In this document: piece by piece, positions 13,937 to 32,894 of the stretch
Layout: each line of letters begins with the position of its first letter
Position numbering within the stretch: the first letter of the stretch is position 1
Assembly: GCF_009914755.1 (NCBI RefSeq)
Contig: NC_060935.1
Reading direction: 5' to 3' (one strand)
Length of the DNA: 64,000 nucleotides
DNA from: the human T2T-CHM13v2.0 reference genome, Homo sapiens
The notes under the pieces: generated by a model
The model's database searches: none
Told to the model about the DNA's origin: nothing
Seen by the model: only the letters and a program-made list of their open reading frames with translations
Made by a program: the position numbers and the translations under genes

Positions 13937-13950
13937 CCACTAGGGGGAGC
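13937..13950 (+). promoter_or_regulatory. CTCF motif CCACTAGGGGGAGC
   Basis: One deviation from consensus CCACTAGGGGGCGC, in AT-rich unique sequence. Confidence 0.6.
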
Positions 13951-15239
13951 TACCACTATGTGGTTTATTTACTGTGTACAATTTTTTTTTTTAATTATGG
14001 TAAGGTTAGTATTTACTGGTCACCCACAAACTTAATCTTAATAAAGTTCACTTTGTTATCTTTTAGAAAATAGTAATGCATATTTTGTAAAAGAGCCTGA
14101 AGTCTTAACCAAGAACTTTAGGAGTAAGAAAATATAGGAAGATAAAGAAACTCATAATTTGCATAATGGCAACAAAGCATCTAAATTAAACTGTGATGGA
14201 AAAAGAATCTAAAAATAAAGCAAGACATGTTGTATGAAATTTGAAAGATGTCATTGTTATTAAGATTTATAAAATTATTTTGGTTTGTCTTATTTGTTGT
14301 GCATTCTTATTCTTATTTTAAATGAATATTTAATACATATTTAAGAACAATTAAAGATTACCTTATAAACATGGTCCGTGAATCTCTGTTTCTTATAAAG
14401 GAATACATTATGGGAGACAAATATTTTCACCCATGGGGAGTTTTAGGAGCACGTGGAGTCTTACGGGATAAGTATATTCATTTAATAAATAACACAAAAT
14501 AAGCATAATCATAATGTCAACAACAACAGTAATAATAGCAACCAACTGGGCACCACTTGCTGTGCTAATCACTCAACATCTAGAATCGTATGTAATCATT
14601 CCAATTATATTCGAAGTGTTGGTTTCAGATACAATGATGGGGCTGACCTGGGTGTCCCTTCCCTTTGTCATATGCTGACTCATGAAATGCATTAGGACAG
14701 AAGCAGCATTGCAGCAGTTTTCCATTCATGCCATGGAAAGGTATGAATGATAAAGGCATCCCTCAAAGTGGAGTCCCTGAGGTATCAGTAAGTGAGTGCC
14801 CTTCCAGTGAAACATGTTTCTAATTTGGGGTTGCCTTTCCCCGGGGATCTTACACACAAGGTGTTGTGAGTTATTAAAGGTCCTCAGATTTCATGTGTTG
14901 CCTCCTGACATCAGATAAAGTGGCAAATGACACTTCTTGAATCAGCATTGTCCCATCATAACAGATGGCCGTTAGCTCAATCTACAGGGAATCAGCTTAT
15001 TGTCTTCCATATGAAAATAAGCAGGTCAGCATTCTAAATCCTGAAATGACAAAGGGAAAAATAGTTCACAGGACTCTGAAAACAGCATGTGAAATAATCA
15101 AAGGTTAGGGGGAACTTTCTTAACCACAAAATATTTGTATTCAGTATACCTTAACATTTGTTTCATTTAGAGCACATGAAATAAATAGTTGTATTTTGAT
15201 ATAAAGGCCTGGGGTTTGTCAATATTTAGTTCAGGGGTC

Positions 15240-15585
15240 TGAATTCTGGCTGCACAGCAAAATCATGTTGGAAAAATGTTTAAATTTCAGATGCTCAGGC
15301 ATCCAGTTAAGTCAGAATTATTTTAGTTGAAACCCAGGCATTCATCATTTTTTAAGTTTCCCCCGTGATTCTAATGTGTGGTGTTTCTAATGTATGACCA
15401 ATTGTATAATAATTGCACAGTAATTTTATAATCCATTTCCCAAACTTTCATGTGATATGAATTGCCTTGGGATCTTGTTAAAATACAAGTTAAGATTCAG
15501 TAGGTCTGGGGCAAAGCCTGAGTGTCTGCATCTCTAACACTCTCCCAGAAGATGGCGATATGGATGCTGACACACCACTCAGTAA
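15240..15585. mobile_element. MER5-family (hAT-Charlie) fragments
   Basis: gattcagtaggtctgggg..cctgag..tctgcat.tctaaca core. Confidence 0.65.
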
Positions 15586-16179
15586 TTGGCAATGCGGGTG
15601 GGCTTTGGTCTCCATACAAGATAGACACAAAGCTCCTCAAATGCAGGGGTTCTTTCTGTTCATTTGCTGATCGTTATTGTTACTGGATGGTACAGAAGCT
15701 CTTGGAATGTTAAAACAAACAGGGCTTAGCTCCAAACTATCTTTTTAGAGTCGTTAGCTTTGCACCAGAACCTTCTAAAGACTCTCTGCTTAATGTGTTT
15801 TCTTTATTGAACTCTGGGCCAACAGACATTCAGATTTTTGCAGGAAGGAGTTTATAAACTTAACAAAGTGTTATAAATCAATGGAAGCACAAGATTTTGC
15901 CTTTACATTACCTGCCCAATTATTGTGTCACTAGTTATTGTCAGTACAATTAGGTTCATGGATATTTGACATGCTTTTCTACCAAGTCAGAAACTGTGGG
16001 GCAGGAGAAAGCCGAATTGATAGAGTGACTAATATATTCTGTTAGACTAGACTATCTGCACCACCAGAGCAGAGCCCGGTCTGTCCTGAACATTATTGTA
16101 TGTTCCTAGCACAATATTTAATACACAATTAATAAATATGCTATGAGCTTTGAATCCTGTATTTAACTTCGTCCTTCGA

Positions 16180-16635
16180 ATAATGATGACTAACATGTAT
16201 TGAATGCTTACCATGTGCCAAGCAGTGGTCTAAGTACCTTACATCTGTTTATTGATTCATTTACTATTTACAACAACCCAGTAAAGCAGATGACAATATC
16301 CATTTTAGAGATACAGGAAGTGAAGCACAGAGAGGTCGAGTGATTTATCCAAGGTCACACAGTCATTAAGCAATAGAAACAGACATTAAATCCAGGCACT
16401 CTGGTTCCAGAGTCTGTGATCTTCACCAGTATCCTGTTAATGTTCATAACAAAAATATATGATAAGTACTGTTATAATGTCACTCATTTACAGGTGAGGA
16501 AACAAAGGCACAGAGACTCTAAGCAACTTACCCAAAGTCACATAGTTAATAATCGGTGAAACCAGGATTTAAACCCAGGAAGATTCAAATCCAGATTATA
16601 AATCCAGAGCCTTTGTTCTTAACCACTAATTTATA
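16180..16635 (-). mobile_element. Two adjacent MIRs
   Basis: Two cores: gaagcacagagagg..ccaaggtcacacag and aggcacagaga..cccaaagtcacatag. Confidence 0.8.
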
Positions 16636-18389
16636 GTTTCTCAACTAGCCTATTAGTTAGAAACCACTTACTAGGTGTGAAAAGAGCCCTGAAAAAATGT
16701 AAGTGCCATAATCAAATATCAAACTGGAATTAATGGCAGAGGATGAGTTGAAACTCACATTTATTTTCTTTAAATTCTAAGTTCCTCTTCTCTTGGCTTT
16801 TGAAACCAATGGAGAACTTTGTCAAATAATAGAAAATGCTTACCTCCAAAGAGCCTCATGAGAATCTTCTGTCAATTTAATTTCTCTTCTACATTCTTCT
16901 CCAGATATACTATGCGTTGTTCACACTGTAGAGGGTAGACTAATGTCAAAAAATTAATCAAATGATTCTGAAAGGCACATAATAACACTCCTTCCTCTGG
17001 AAAATCAGAATGTCTGCTAGACCAGGAGGCTAAGTGAGGAAGCAGGGTAGAGTGGAGAGGCATAAGAGAAGGGTGGCTGGCGACGCTGACTTCACCTGTG
17101 ACAGGCCAGTGAATTTAGAGGTGGAATCATCAGCCTGCTTTTAATTACTTGCTTTTAAGATAAAGAAGTGGAAGTTTATGATGGAGGTATCAATTGTCAC
17201 TGACATTTGACAGACTGGTTGTTCAGAAAAACACAGATAGAGTCCATGTCAGCTGGCAGTAACAGTGGGATTTTCCTTGTTGTTGTTGTTTTAAGTTCTA
17301 AAAACCAACATATAGGACAAATTATAAATCTGGACTCTTAAATTGTCAGCTTTCTGTGAGTGGGTAGGAAAGGGATTCCTTCCTTTGTTTTTCTGACCTT
17401 CCCAGAAGAGCTTTCCATTTTAGCTTCAATGATAATGAACACAAACTGGGGTTAATAAATAGGTATACTTCCGGTGGCCTCTACACTCCTTCCAATTTCA
17501 GATCCATTTCACTGGCCATTATGTGTCTGGAGCAATAGGGAAAGAAAACACCTAAGCAAACCATTTTCTTCTTTTGATCTGTACCATGCCTGAGAAAGCA
17601 GCAAGATAGGAAAGGAAGTGAGAGGAATATTACTTTGCCACCTGAATACACGAAATTAGTCAACACTGGCATTTTTAAATTGAAGAAATTAAATGGTGCC
17701 ATGGATCTAATATGCCATACCTATTTGCCTGCAAATGTCCCTCTGGGAAGCTACAATAGGTGGATAAAGTACAATATCCAGATTTCAAATTTATTACAAC
17801 TTAGCACAATCTTTGGTTTTCTGGTAGATTTCAGTCGTTTAATAATAAAGTTTCTGGATAATGGATTTCAGTGTGACTTTACTCTATTTAATATTACATT
17901 CATTCAACAACTATGGAGTGCCTACTGTCAAGCAATGGCCTAGGCCTTAGGAATATGGAGGTAAACCATACATATCAGGTCTCCTTTTATAGATTTTACT
18001 TTCTTCACATTTTATCTCTTAATATAAATTGGCATCAATAGAGATTTATCTGTGTGGGATTTATAATGACAGGCAAAAAAAAAGTAGCAGGAAACAGATA
18101 AACCTTGAAATCAGCAGACTTGGATTTATGTCCTGGGAACACCAGACATTTGCTCTGTTTTATTAAGCAACTAACTTCATTTTTTCAACTGAGCATACTC
18201 AGTAATAAAAATGGGATAATAATACTCATGGTGAACTTTGGTGATTGTGAATATAAGTAATTTGACACCAAACCTAAAACATATTTGGCACTAAATAATC
18301 ATTCTAATAATAATAATAATCCTTAATATATATATAGCACTGCCTATTTTGCCAAAAATTTTCATATACATTATTACCTTTGATTCTAA

Positions 18390-18703
18390 GTATATATGTA
18401 CATATATACATATATAGAATATATATATTCTATATGTGTGTATATGTACATATACACATATATCCTATATGTGTGTATATGTACATATACACACATATAT
18501 TCTATATGTGTGTATATGTACATATACACACATATATTCTATATGTGTGTATATGTACATATACACACATATATTCTATATGTGTATATATATTCTATAT
18601 GTGTATATATATTCTATATGTGTATATATATTCTATATGTGTATATATATGTATACATATGTATAATGCCAGTATATATATATGTGTGTGTATATATGTA
18701 TAA
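18390..18703. repeat. TA-rich quasi-palindromic minisatellite (37-nt and 19-nt units) abutting the L1 3' end
   Basis: Unit tatatgtacatatacacacatatattctatatgtgtg repeats 3-4 times, then tatatatattctatatgtg about 3 times. Confidence 0.9.
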
Positions 18704-21939
<3,236 letters not shown>

Positions 21940-22412
21940 ATATCTTTAAATTAAAGGCAATAAATTTGGGTCAGCTTCACTTTAATCCAAATCCTCTAAT
22001 GAATATATTTAATACCCATTTTAAAAGGTGTTTTGAAAAGGTAAATTTTTCTTCTAAATTGGCACAGGCCATCGATGAAAACATTATTGTGAGTTTCTGC
22101 CTCATATCCTAAAATAAGCAAAACCTAAATAAAAAGGCATACAGGATCTAATTAACATAATACAATGTTTTCAAAGAATTTTTGAAAAAATATATAAATA
22201 GAAAAACAAGAGAGGCTAATATTTTTCTGAAATTCTTTCTCTCACACTGTCATTTAGTGTCATTTAGTGAGCATTTTTTCTCCCAACTTACTCAATTGTT
22301 ATTTCCAGTAACTAGATCCAGGTTTACATTACTGATAAACAATGAGATCTATGCTTCTGGAAATTTTGATGCTCAAAAGAATCAATTTCAGTCTAGAGTG
22401 GGTCTATAAATT

Positions 22413-22414
<2 letters not shown>

Positions 22415-22457
<43 letters not shown>
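22415..22457. repeat. (TA)n microsatellite
   Basis: ~21 units. Confidence 0.95.
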
Positions 22458-22460
<3 letters not shown>

Positions 22461-23727
22461 CTGTTGTTTTTCATGTTTTGCTTTGTCATATGTAGAAGAA
22501 ATCCATTAAAACGCAAAGATCATTTTATGGAAATATATGGAGACAGAATATTTCACACTAACAGAGACTAAAAATCACCTGCACAAATCCATCATTTTAC
22601 AGATGAAGAAATTGAGCCACAGGGATAAAAAGGACATTAAACTTTCTTGGGCATCTACTTACATGTCCTTGTGCTTTGCATATGCTTTTCTCATTAAATT
22701 AATTCTCCGTAATAAGTTTATCAGATTGGTACAGTATTACAATAGCAATTTATAGGTGAAGAAACTGGCACTAGAATGATTAAGTAACACTCAAGTGTTG
22801 TAACTAGGATTTGGGTGTTATTTACCTAAATAGTTTTGTCGCTTTTTTGCATTGCCAATGTTTCTGATTGCACTTCAATGGAAGAGTCTCTCCGTGTTTG
22901 GTGGAAGAGTCCACAGGAAGATGGTCTGTTTGGAGAGCTGCAGGGAGATGTGCAGTGGAAGCTGAAAGAATAACAGTAGAAAGTGGGCCCGGTGGAAATA
23001 AAATACGTTTAAAGGACTGTTGTCCACAATTTGGAAATTATAGTCTATAATCTTTTCTTGAGGGTCAGAAACTGACCTATCCTGAAAATATGATGATTGC
23101 CTCAAGACTGTCATCATATTTTCGACATGAATTCCGTAAGACTGTTAGAGAGCCATTGAGCTATTCTGGAGCCTCTGTGTATTTTAGTGTTTATCCACAC
23201 CAGCCACTGTGCTACTGCTTTCTATATTATGATATCACAGGATCTTCAAAATAGTGCTGTTTTGTTTTACTTTATTTTTTTAAATTTTATTTTGAGTTGA
23301 AAAATAAACATTGTATATGTTTATCATGTATTACATGTTGATTTGAAATATATATTCATTGTGGAATGCCTATATAGAACAATAGCACTATTCTAGATAT
23401 CATGATTGCTATTATTATTGTAATTATCATTACTGCTCTCCAAGTGAAGAAACCAAGGGTCAGTAGGATTAAGCAACTTCTGCAGGGTCATGCAACAAAA
23501 TTGACAGAAGCAAGATTCAGATCGTGTTCTCTGACTCCATCACCTACACAGTGACTTTGCCCCTCACTCAGAAAGACTGCCTGTGACTTACTCTAGTTTG
23601 ATTTTTATCATTCTTCTTTGAAACTTTAAAAACACATCGAAAAAATCTTATGCCTTTCTTTTTCTTTGGCATATCTTTAACAGACATCAACATATCTGCG
23701 GCAATGAATGTAGATGTCACCAAGTGA

Positions 23728-24093
<366 letters not shown>

Positions 24094-24183
24094 TCAGTTG
24101 AGTCATTTTCTAACACATTATTTTATAACCCTCTTATGATAATAAGGTCTTTGTTTTCCCTTTAGCAACATCAAAAATCATTT

Positions 24184-24397
24184 GAGTCAGGAGATCGAGA
24201 CCATCCTGGCTAACACGGTAAAACCCCGTCTCTACTAAAAATAAAAATAAAAAAAAATTAGCCGGGCTTAGTGGCGGGCGCCTATAGTCCCAGCTACTCC
24301 GGAGGCTGAGGCAGAAGAATGGCGTGAACCCGGGAGGCGGAGCTTGCAGTGAGCTGAGATAGCGCCCAGCCTGGGCGATAGAGTGAGACTCTGTCTC

Positions 24398-24422
<25 letters not shown>
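24184..24422 (+). mobile_element. 5'-truncated AluY
   Basis: Begins gtcaggagatcgagaccatcctggctaacacgg; ~A25 tail. Confidence 0.92.
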
Positions 24423-24428
<6 letters not shown>

Positions 24429-26066
24429 GATAGCAGTAAACCTAATTGAAAACATTAAATAATATTTTGTAATACTTAAAGCTATCAAGTAGCCAAAAAA
24501 GTTATTAATTTTTTAAATTGATTTTAAAATTATGTATTTCTAGAAAAGTTCAGATGTGAAATAGAGCACCTCATATCTCCATCAGTTGTCAAATCAGATT
24601 AAAAATTTTAAAGACGTTTTTAAATATATTTCTGGGTTTTGTTCTTGCAGATGCTATCGTTTGGAAATAAATCTAAGAAAACAGAGCCTAACAGTTTGAG
24701 CCAAATTCCTCCCATGCTCCGTTCCCACCTATGTTGCCACCCTTTTTATGTTCTTCATGGAAATGTCTCCTTTCTACTCTGAAATTACAGAGCCACCTCT
24801 CTCTAGATGTTTCTGTTTTTATTCATAAACCTGAAAATTCTCTTGTGATATGAACACCCCAATGCTAACTGAAGAGGGGAATGGTTGCAATAGCAAACTT
24901 AAACATAATTGCTGCCACTGCTGTTTTTTGTCCAAATATGTGTTTCTTTTTCAAAATAAAGAAATGAAAACAAAGTGGTTTATTATTCTCAGTAGTAAAT
25001 TGGCAGTGGACAGTAAGGTTGCATTTTCTCTTGTGTTGGCAATTGATCTTATGTGCACTGATTTATATATGAAAATGTTCTTGCTACCTAAGGAAAATGA
25101 GCTCTCATTATATAAATGAGTTTATTAAAACCCTACTGCCTTAGGCAAGTTGGCAGTTTTTTATCAATCTCCAAATTTAAACATCTCTAAAATAAGAAAT
25201 GACAAAACATCTACAAGAGATGCTCCGGCTTATCCTGGCCCCAGATTAATTGACCCTCTCTTCCATGCTTTGGGGGATTATGAATAAAGCAGCATATCTA
25301 ACTTGTTGACACTCAGATCATGTCTCTCTTTTACCAGCCTATGAGGGAGAGAAAATATAATATGACTTCTGGGTAGTGTCCTACTGGTTACTCACACAGA
25401 TTGATTTCCTCCTTGAATCTGAGATTAGTTTTACCATGAGACTTGAATATTTTACTGAGGTTAGGGGTTAGGAAAAAAGGGGGTCAATCATTCTTACTAT
25501 CTTGTGTTGGGTGACATAAAATCATCCAACAGGTGAGACATGGGAGATACTTCTATTATATCTCACTGCAGTGAGTAATTATCATTGATGAATAACAGAC
25601 ACTGATTTGAAAAGCACTCACCTTTCCACAGCCAGTAGGGCCTTAACAATTAAGAAAATGTTTTCTTAATATATCAGCGAAGGAGACAGCTTTTACTATG
25701 AAAAATATGATTAGCTTCCAAGCCACGTAAATGTGACTTTGGTCTGAGCCTTTGAGTATCAGGAACTTGAAGCTGAAACACTTCTAGATATCATCCAGAA
25801 TTCCTAATGTTATATATGAATCTTCTCTAGGGTACTCCAGTCAATCATTATTAAAAATACACTTGAGTACCTCTAGAGACAGGTAGCCACACCCAGGATA
25901 GCTCATTTCATATTGGATAACTCTTAAAATTATATTGATCAAAATATTTATATAATATACTTTAGGATTCAATGTTTCAGATTACTTCCTATAATTTAAA
26001 AATAGTAATCACTGATTGTGTTCTTTCTTCTTCTGGCTGAACATCCCAAGCTGCATCAACCATTGC

Positions 26067-26093
26067 GTGTGTGTGTGTGTGTGTGTGTGTGTG
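26067..26093. repeat. (TG)n microsatellite
   Basis: ~13 units. Confidence 0.95.
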
Positions 26094-27599
26094 AATTTCT
26101 TTTTACCCTCCAGTATATCTGTGTTTCTTTTTTTTATCCCTTTTTTGTCTTGTTGATATTTATGAGGATCATTTTAAATTTCACTTTATTAGTGAGCATT
26201 TCTGTCAGTATCACAAATAACCAGTGAGTGTCGCTGTTCTAACACAGACAAACACTTGTGGGCCTGTCATACAATGATCAACAACATTCTTGCATAAGCC
26301 ATAAGCACTTGTAATTATGCGGAACACAGGCAGTGGGCTGAATGAATCAAGGGTCCTCTTAATCCACCCACATTAGCTAATGTAGACATTTCAGACAGAT
26401 TTACTGGTGCCCTTTTATTGACATTAGTTTCCTTTAGTTTTCCAAGATGATAATTCATTTTGTTCTCCCTTCAAAATAAAAGACTGGTCATTTTCCCCAA
26501 AATGCTCTTCCTACAACTCAACTTGTATAGTTTGTAAACAACTTTTTCTCTTGATTTCAATCATTCATTCAGAGGGTTACTACTACAAAGGGAAAGGCAA
26601 TAATTCTGAGTACCCATCTGTACCAAGTTTCCTTCCAAGAACTCCATGTGTATCATTTCTTTTAACACCACAACAATGCAATGAGGCAGTCATTATTCAT
26701 GCCGTTGTTTATATCAGGGAAAGGAGGCTGAGGAAGTTAAATAACTCGACTCTGGGTGACATAATCAGTAAGTAACAAATCTGATGTGAGAAGCCAAGAC
26801 CACCTGACACCACAGCCCCATTCTTTCCACTATACCCTCCTTCCTAACTGCAGGTGGTGCCTGCAAAAATGAGGAGCATAGAAACTAGTATCTCAATCCT
26901 TGAACATGTTGGGATTTCAGCAGAATCAGTAGATAACATTTTTCTCTTCTCTGCCTGGATTCTCAGAAAATATTTGAGAAATAGAATACTAGAGACTACA
27001 AGACAGAGATCAAAATGTCAATTGTGAATTGATGTAAGCTGGAAAATAGGACTTAGATATGTAGCCAAAGGAGCTTGCCCAAATTCCTTCCCTCATTCTC
27101 AATCTAATAGCTACCCACCCAGTAACTGGCACAACTAGCAGATCCCAGGGCACCCACAAAGGGATGGACCACATACCAGGTGATAGGAGAGAGAAAACAG
27201 GCCAAAATGGAAAGGAAAAAAGAAATTGCTGAACCAATTTTTCCTGTATATTTTAAGCTAACAAATCATATATAAACTAGATTTTTTTCCACAACAGAAG
27301 TCCCTACACATGGAAATATGAGGGGTATGGAATAACTGTTCACTGAAAGACTTGTGTTTTCAATATTTGCAATGCCAAGCAAGGTTATTTCAGGCCTTGT
27401 AGAGCTCGTTTTCAAATAATTATTCTGAGTAATTAACCTTTTACTCTGAGTAAAGTGGGGCTTCATTGAATGAAAGGTTTTAAACAAAGGAGTTGTATTA
27501 GCTGAATTTCACTTTAATATCACCTAGCTCATGTCTACTCGTTTCCAAACCTAAATCTACTATCATTTTGGGCAATGGAGACGGTGGCAAGACCAAAAT

Positions 27600-29040
27600 C
27601 ATTTAGGAGATGTACAATAGATGGTGGCAGTGGAGATGGGGAGAAGTCATGGTTAGATTTCGGACATACTTGAAAGTAGAATGAATGAGTGTTGTGAGAT
27701 AGAAGAGTCAAGATTTTTGGCCCCAAGCTTTTCTCCATCGACTGAAATGACAAAATAATGACTGAATACAGTCTGGGAGCCAAGATCAGAGAGATCATTT
27801 GGGAATGTCGAGTTTGGACTTGATTCTTTCAGACCAATGGAAATGTGAAGAAGACATACATGTGGTCTAAAAACCTGGAGTTAGAAAAAGAGATCTGGAC
27901 TGGAGATGTACGTTTAGGAAGTATCGTTCTACAGAAGATGTATAAAACCATGAGACAGGATGAAATTACCAGGCATAAGAAATAAAGAGAAGAGTCTAAG
28001 GTTTGAGGTTTCTGGGGTTTTGCAAAGTTAAAAGGTTAAGAAAAAGAGGAATGACAAAGGAGGCTGAAAAGGAGAGTTAGTGAGGCTGGAGAAGAATCAA
28101 GACACTGTGGTATTCTGAAAGCTAAGTGGGGGAAGTTTATCAAGGAGGAAAGTGTGATTAATTATATAGCATGCCCCTAATATATCAAAGAAGCTGAAGG
28201 TTAAGAATTCACTTTGGTGAAGAAGAGGTCATTGGTAACTTTGACAGTCTTAGTGAAGTGATAAGAGGAAAATAAATAAATACTGTAGAGGATTTTTGAA
28301 AAATGAATTAGAAATAGTAAGTTTTGGTTCTAACTTTATCTGCTTTTGTGGACTAGTGGAGCAAAAGGCAACAAATAAGTTGAGAAGAAGCCACCAGGAA
28401 AACTAGAGTCAAGAGAGATTGCCTTTTTTTTTTCCTATTCTTTTTAGGGATTAGAAGACCTATTTGTATAGTGATGATAAATGTCAACTAGAGTGGGGAG
28501 GCGGAGACTGGCATGCTTGTATGGTGATGATAATTATCAACTAGAATGGCAGGGGGTGCAGGGACTGGACTTGACTCTGTAGGGAGAGAGCATGTATGGG
28601 AAATTATTGGGCTGCTGTCCTGAAGTAGGAGTGAGGGATAGAAACTACTCCATATGTGGAAGAGATGGCCTTTGTTGGAATACAGTTCGTTTATCTAGAC
28701 TATCAGTCAGGAAGGCAGAATATATGAGTATACAATTGCCAATAAGTGGGTGGGAGCTGTGGAAGTTTTCTTCACATTGCTTCAGTCTTCTCAGTGAAAT
28801 AGGAAGCAAAATTATCAGCTAAGAGTGAGATATAGGGAGGAGGTGTTGGAAGACAGGGTTTGAAATGAGGGAATAAAGTATGAAGTAGTCTTCTAGGAGA
28901 GTGGGAGAATAGCTGGACCTGGGAAAAATATTTTGACTGCTGGGCACCATTAAGCCCTCATGTGGGGTTATTATCAGGAATTTGAGGAAGACCAGTCTGT
29001 ATGCTGGCATGTTTTTTCCTTCATTTATGGTTTAATTGCA
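27600..29040 (+). mobile_element. L2 remnant
   Basis: Purine-rich diverged L2 motifs (agagatctggactggagatg.., ggtcattggtaactttgaca.., ttgcttcagtcttctcagtgaaataggaagcaa). Confidence 0.65.
28019..28105 (+). repeat. Donor copy of an 87-bp dispersed direct duplication
   Basis: 86/87 identical to 29291-29377. Confidence 0.95.
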
Positions 29041-29078
29041 TAGGTATGAGTATGGAGGAAGTGCGATGCCCATGCAAG

Positions 29079-29162
29079 CACGCACGCACACACACACAGA
29101 CACACACACACAGACACACGCATACACAGAGACACCAAACAGACACACACACACATACACAC
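29079..29162. repeat. Interrupted (CA)n microsatellite
   Basis: CA-rich run. Confidence 0.85.
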
Positions 29163-29290
29163 CTTACTTTTAAAAGCAAGTTGTTTTACATCTTTCCTAT
29201 GCAATTTTTGTTTTCCTTTTGGCTCCATCTCTCTCTCTCATTTGCTCTCCCTCTCTCTCTCTCTCGACATTTGCCCCCCATTTTATAGCA

Positions 29291-29377
29291 TTTGCAAAGT
29301 TAAAAGGTTAAGAAAAAGAGGAATGACAAAGGAGGCTGAAAAGGAGAGTTAGTGAGGCTGGAGAAGAATCGAGACAC
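29291..29377 (+). repeat. Inserted copy of the 87-bp direct duplication
   Basis: 86/87 identical to 28019-28105. Confidence 0.95.
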
Positions 29378-29676
29378 ACCAACTAAATAACCAAGTATGT
29401 AAGAATTGAAAATTATTTTAGAGATCAGTTTCATTCTCCTCATTATAGATGGGGAGACTAAGGACCAGATAAAAAGGATTGGCCCAGATTTTGGCAGTCA
29501 CATAGGAACAAACTTCTAGAAGTTTCCCTTATAGATATGTGTCTGTGGAACAGGTGTATAGAAAAATTATATGCTAATGTTTAGCAGATGCTCAACATAA
29601 ATTATCTTATATATTCAGTAACTCAGTTGAAGCAAAATAACATAACCTTGCATAATATCGCTCATATTCTTGTTAG

Positions 29677-30045
<369 letters not shown>

Positions 30046-31096
30046 TAATTGCCTCTTCATAATGTATTTAATAAACTATGGCAATCCCAGAATGACAGAT
30101 TGTTACCACTGTCATTGGATTTCTAATTTCAATTTGGAATTTAAAAACCAAATACCTGAATTGTTGTCCTAATTCTGACATTGCCTATTTATAGCCTTGG
30201 TTAGGTAATTGAGCTTTCTGAGTCTGTAGTTTCTTAGCTTATTAAATGAGAAAAAATAGACTAGATATGCAGTTAAAATAATTTTAAAATAGCAGCATAA
30301 ATGAAACTGAAGTACTTTTATTTAAACAAGGGCTGGTGCATCCAGTTGGCCACTCACTGAACACCTTTGTACTGTTTTAGGTTTCTTTGATGCAGCTACA
30401 CATAATTCAAGTGCTCCAAGGATTACAATTCCTAAAAGTAGAATGGAAGATCTAGTATTTCTTCCACTTCTGTCATTCTATAAACACATTATGTTATGTA
30501 GGGGAGTGGAGGGATTGAGAGATAGGGAAGGAAGAAGAGAGACAGAGAATGAAAAATGAATGTTAAGTTCAGGTAAAAGATTCTTACATACCTACAGTTG
30601 CAAAAACCCTTAAATGCCTTCTATGATAAAATGTTTTATTTCTTCCATCCCTATTGTTACAAAAACCTTCAATTACCTTATAGAACAGACTGTTTTATCC
30701 CTGCCCCCATTGATGTCATCTCAAAAGACAAGGAGGCTCAAAGTGAGAGTGAGATAGACCTTTACATTATCAACTCATTTCTAAGCCCCATCACATAGAT
30801 AGGCCTGCATGTTTTAGAAGAGCATTTATGGTAAAAATGATAGAAAGTTATTAATATCCCAAATCGAAAAGTAGGGGAGAGACTGGTGATTCAGCCCTGC
30901 TAAGCTACAAGGTACTAGGCAGAGACTGTGAAGGTAACTGCCAAGATTCAGCCAGTCTTCCAGTCATCATGTGCTGTCTGTCTCATATAATTTCTTATAC
31001 ATAAACTGAATTTTATCTGGTTCTTTGGAGAAGTGAGGAGAATAGCTAATTCATAAAAAGTGGTTAGTGTATGAGAGTTTATTTAAGAAAAATGAT

Positions 31097-31468
<372 letters not shown>

Positions 31469-31724
31469 TTACTTTCAAACTATTTATATATTTACCATTA
31501 TAGAAAAAATATAAATAACAAAGTACAAATGCATAAATACTGGGATGTGTTGAAAGTACACAGAGAAAGAAATAACATGCCTTATATCTTATTATTTGAA
31601 AATCAGCACTTTTAATATTCTGTAATATATTTTCAGCTTTTGTATGGACATATATATGTGTTTAGAAATTATGATGCTATCACGCAAAAACTATTAGCAC
31701 CAGTAATATATAAAATTTCCTAGT

Positions 31725-32894
<1,170 letters not shown>

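Larger units (their letters stand above)
14460..17050 (-). ncRNA. ANO3-AS1: Putative spliced antisense lncRNA (exons ~17050-16844, 15993-15912, 15040-~14460), probably ANO3-AS1
   Basis: Minus-strand donors GAG|gtaagc (16844) and CAG|gtaatg (15912); acceptors ctttctcctgccccacag| (15993) and ttttccctttgtcatttcag| (15040); ATTAAA at 14481-14486. Outer ends are approximate and the name is from recollection. Confidence 0.5.

Noticed and set aside
18390-18703. CRISPR-like array
   Set aside because: No unique spacers; eukaryotic simple-sequence VNTR
26847-26860. Third CTCF-like motif ACTGCAGGTGGTGC
   Set aside because: Lacks the invariant CC start; too weak to call
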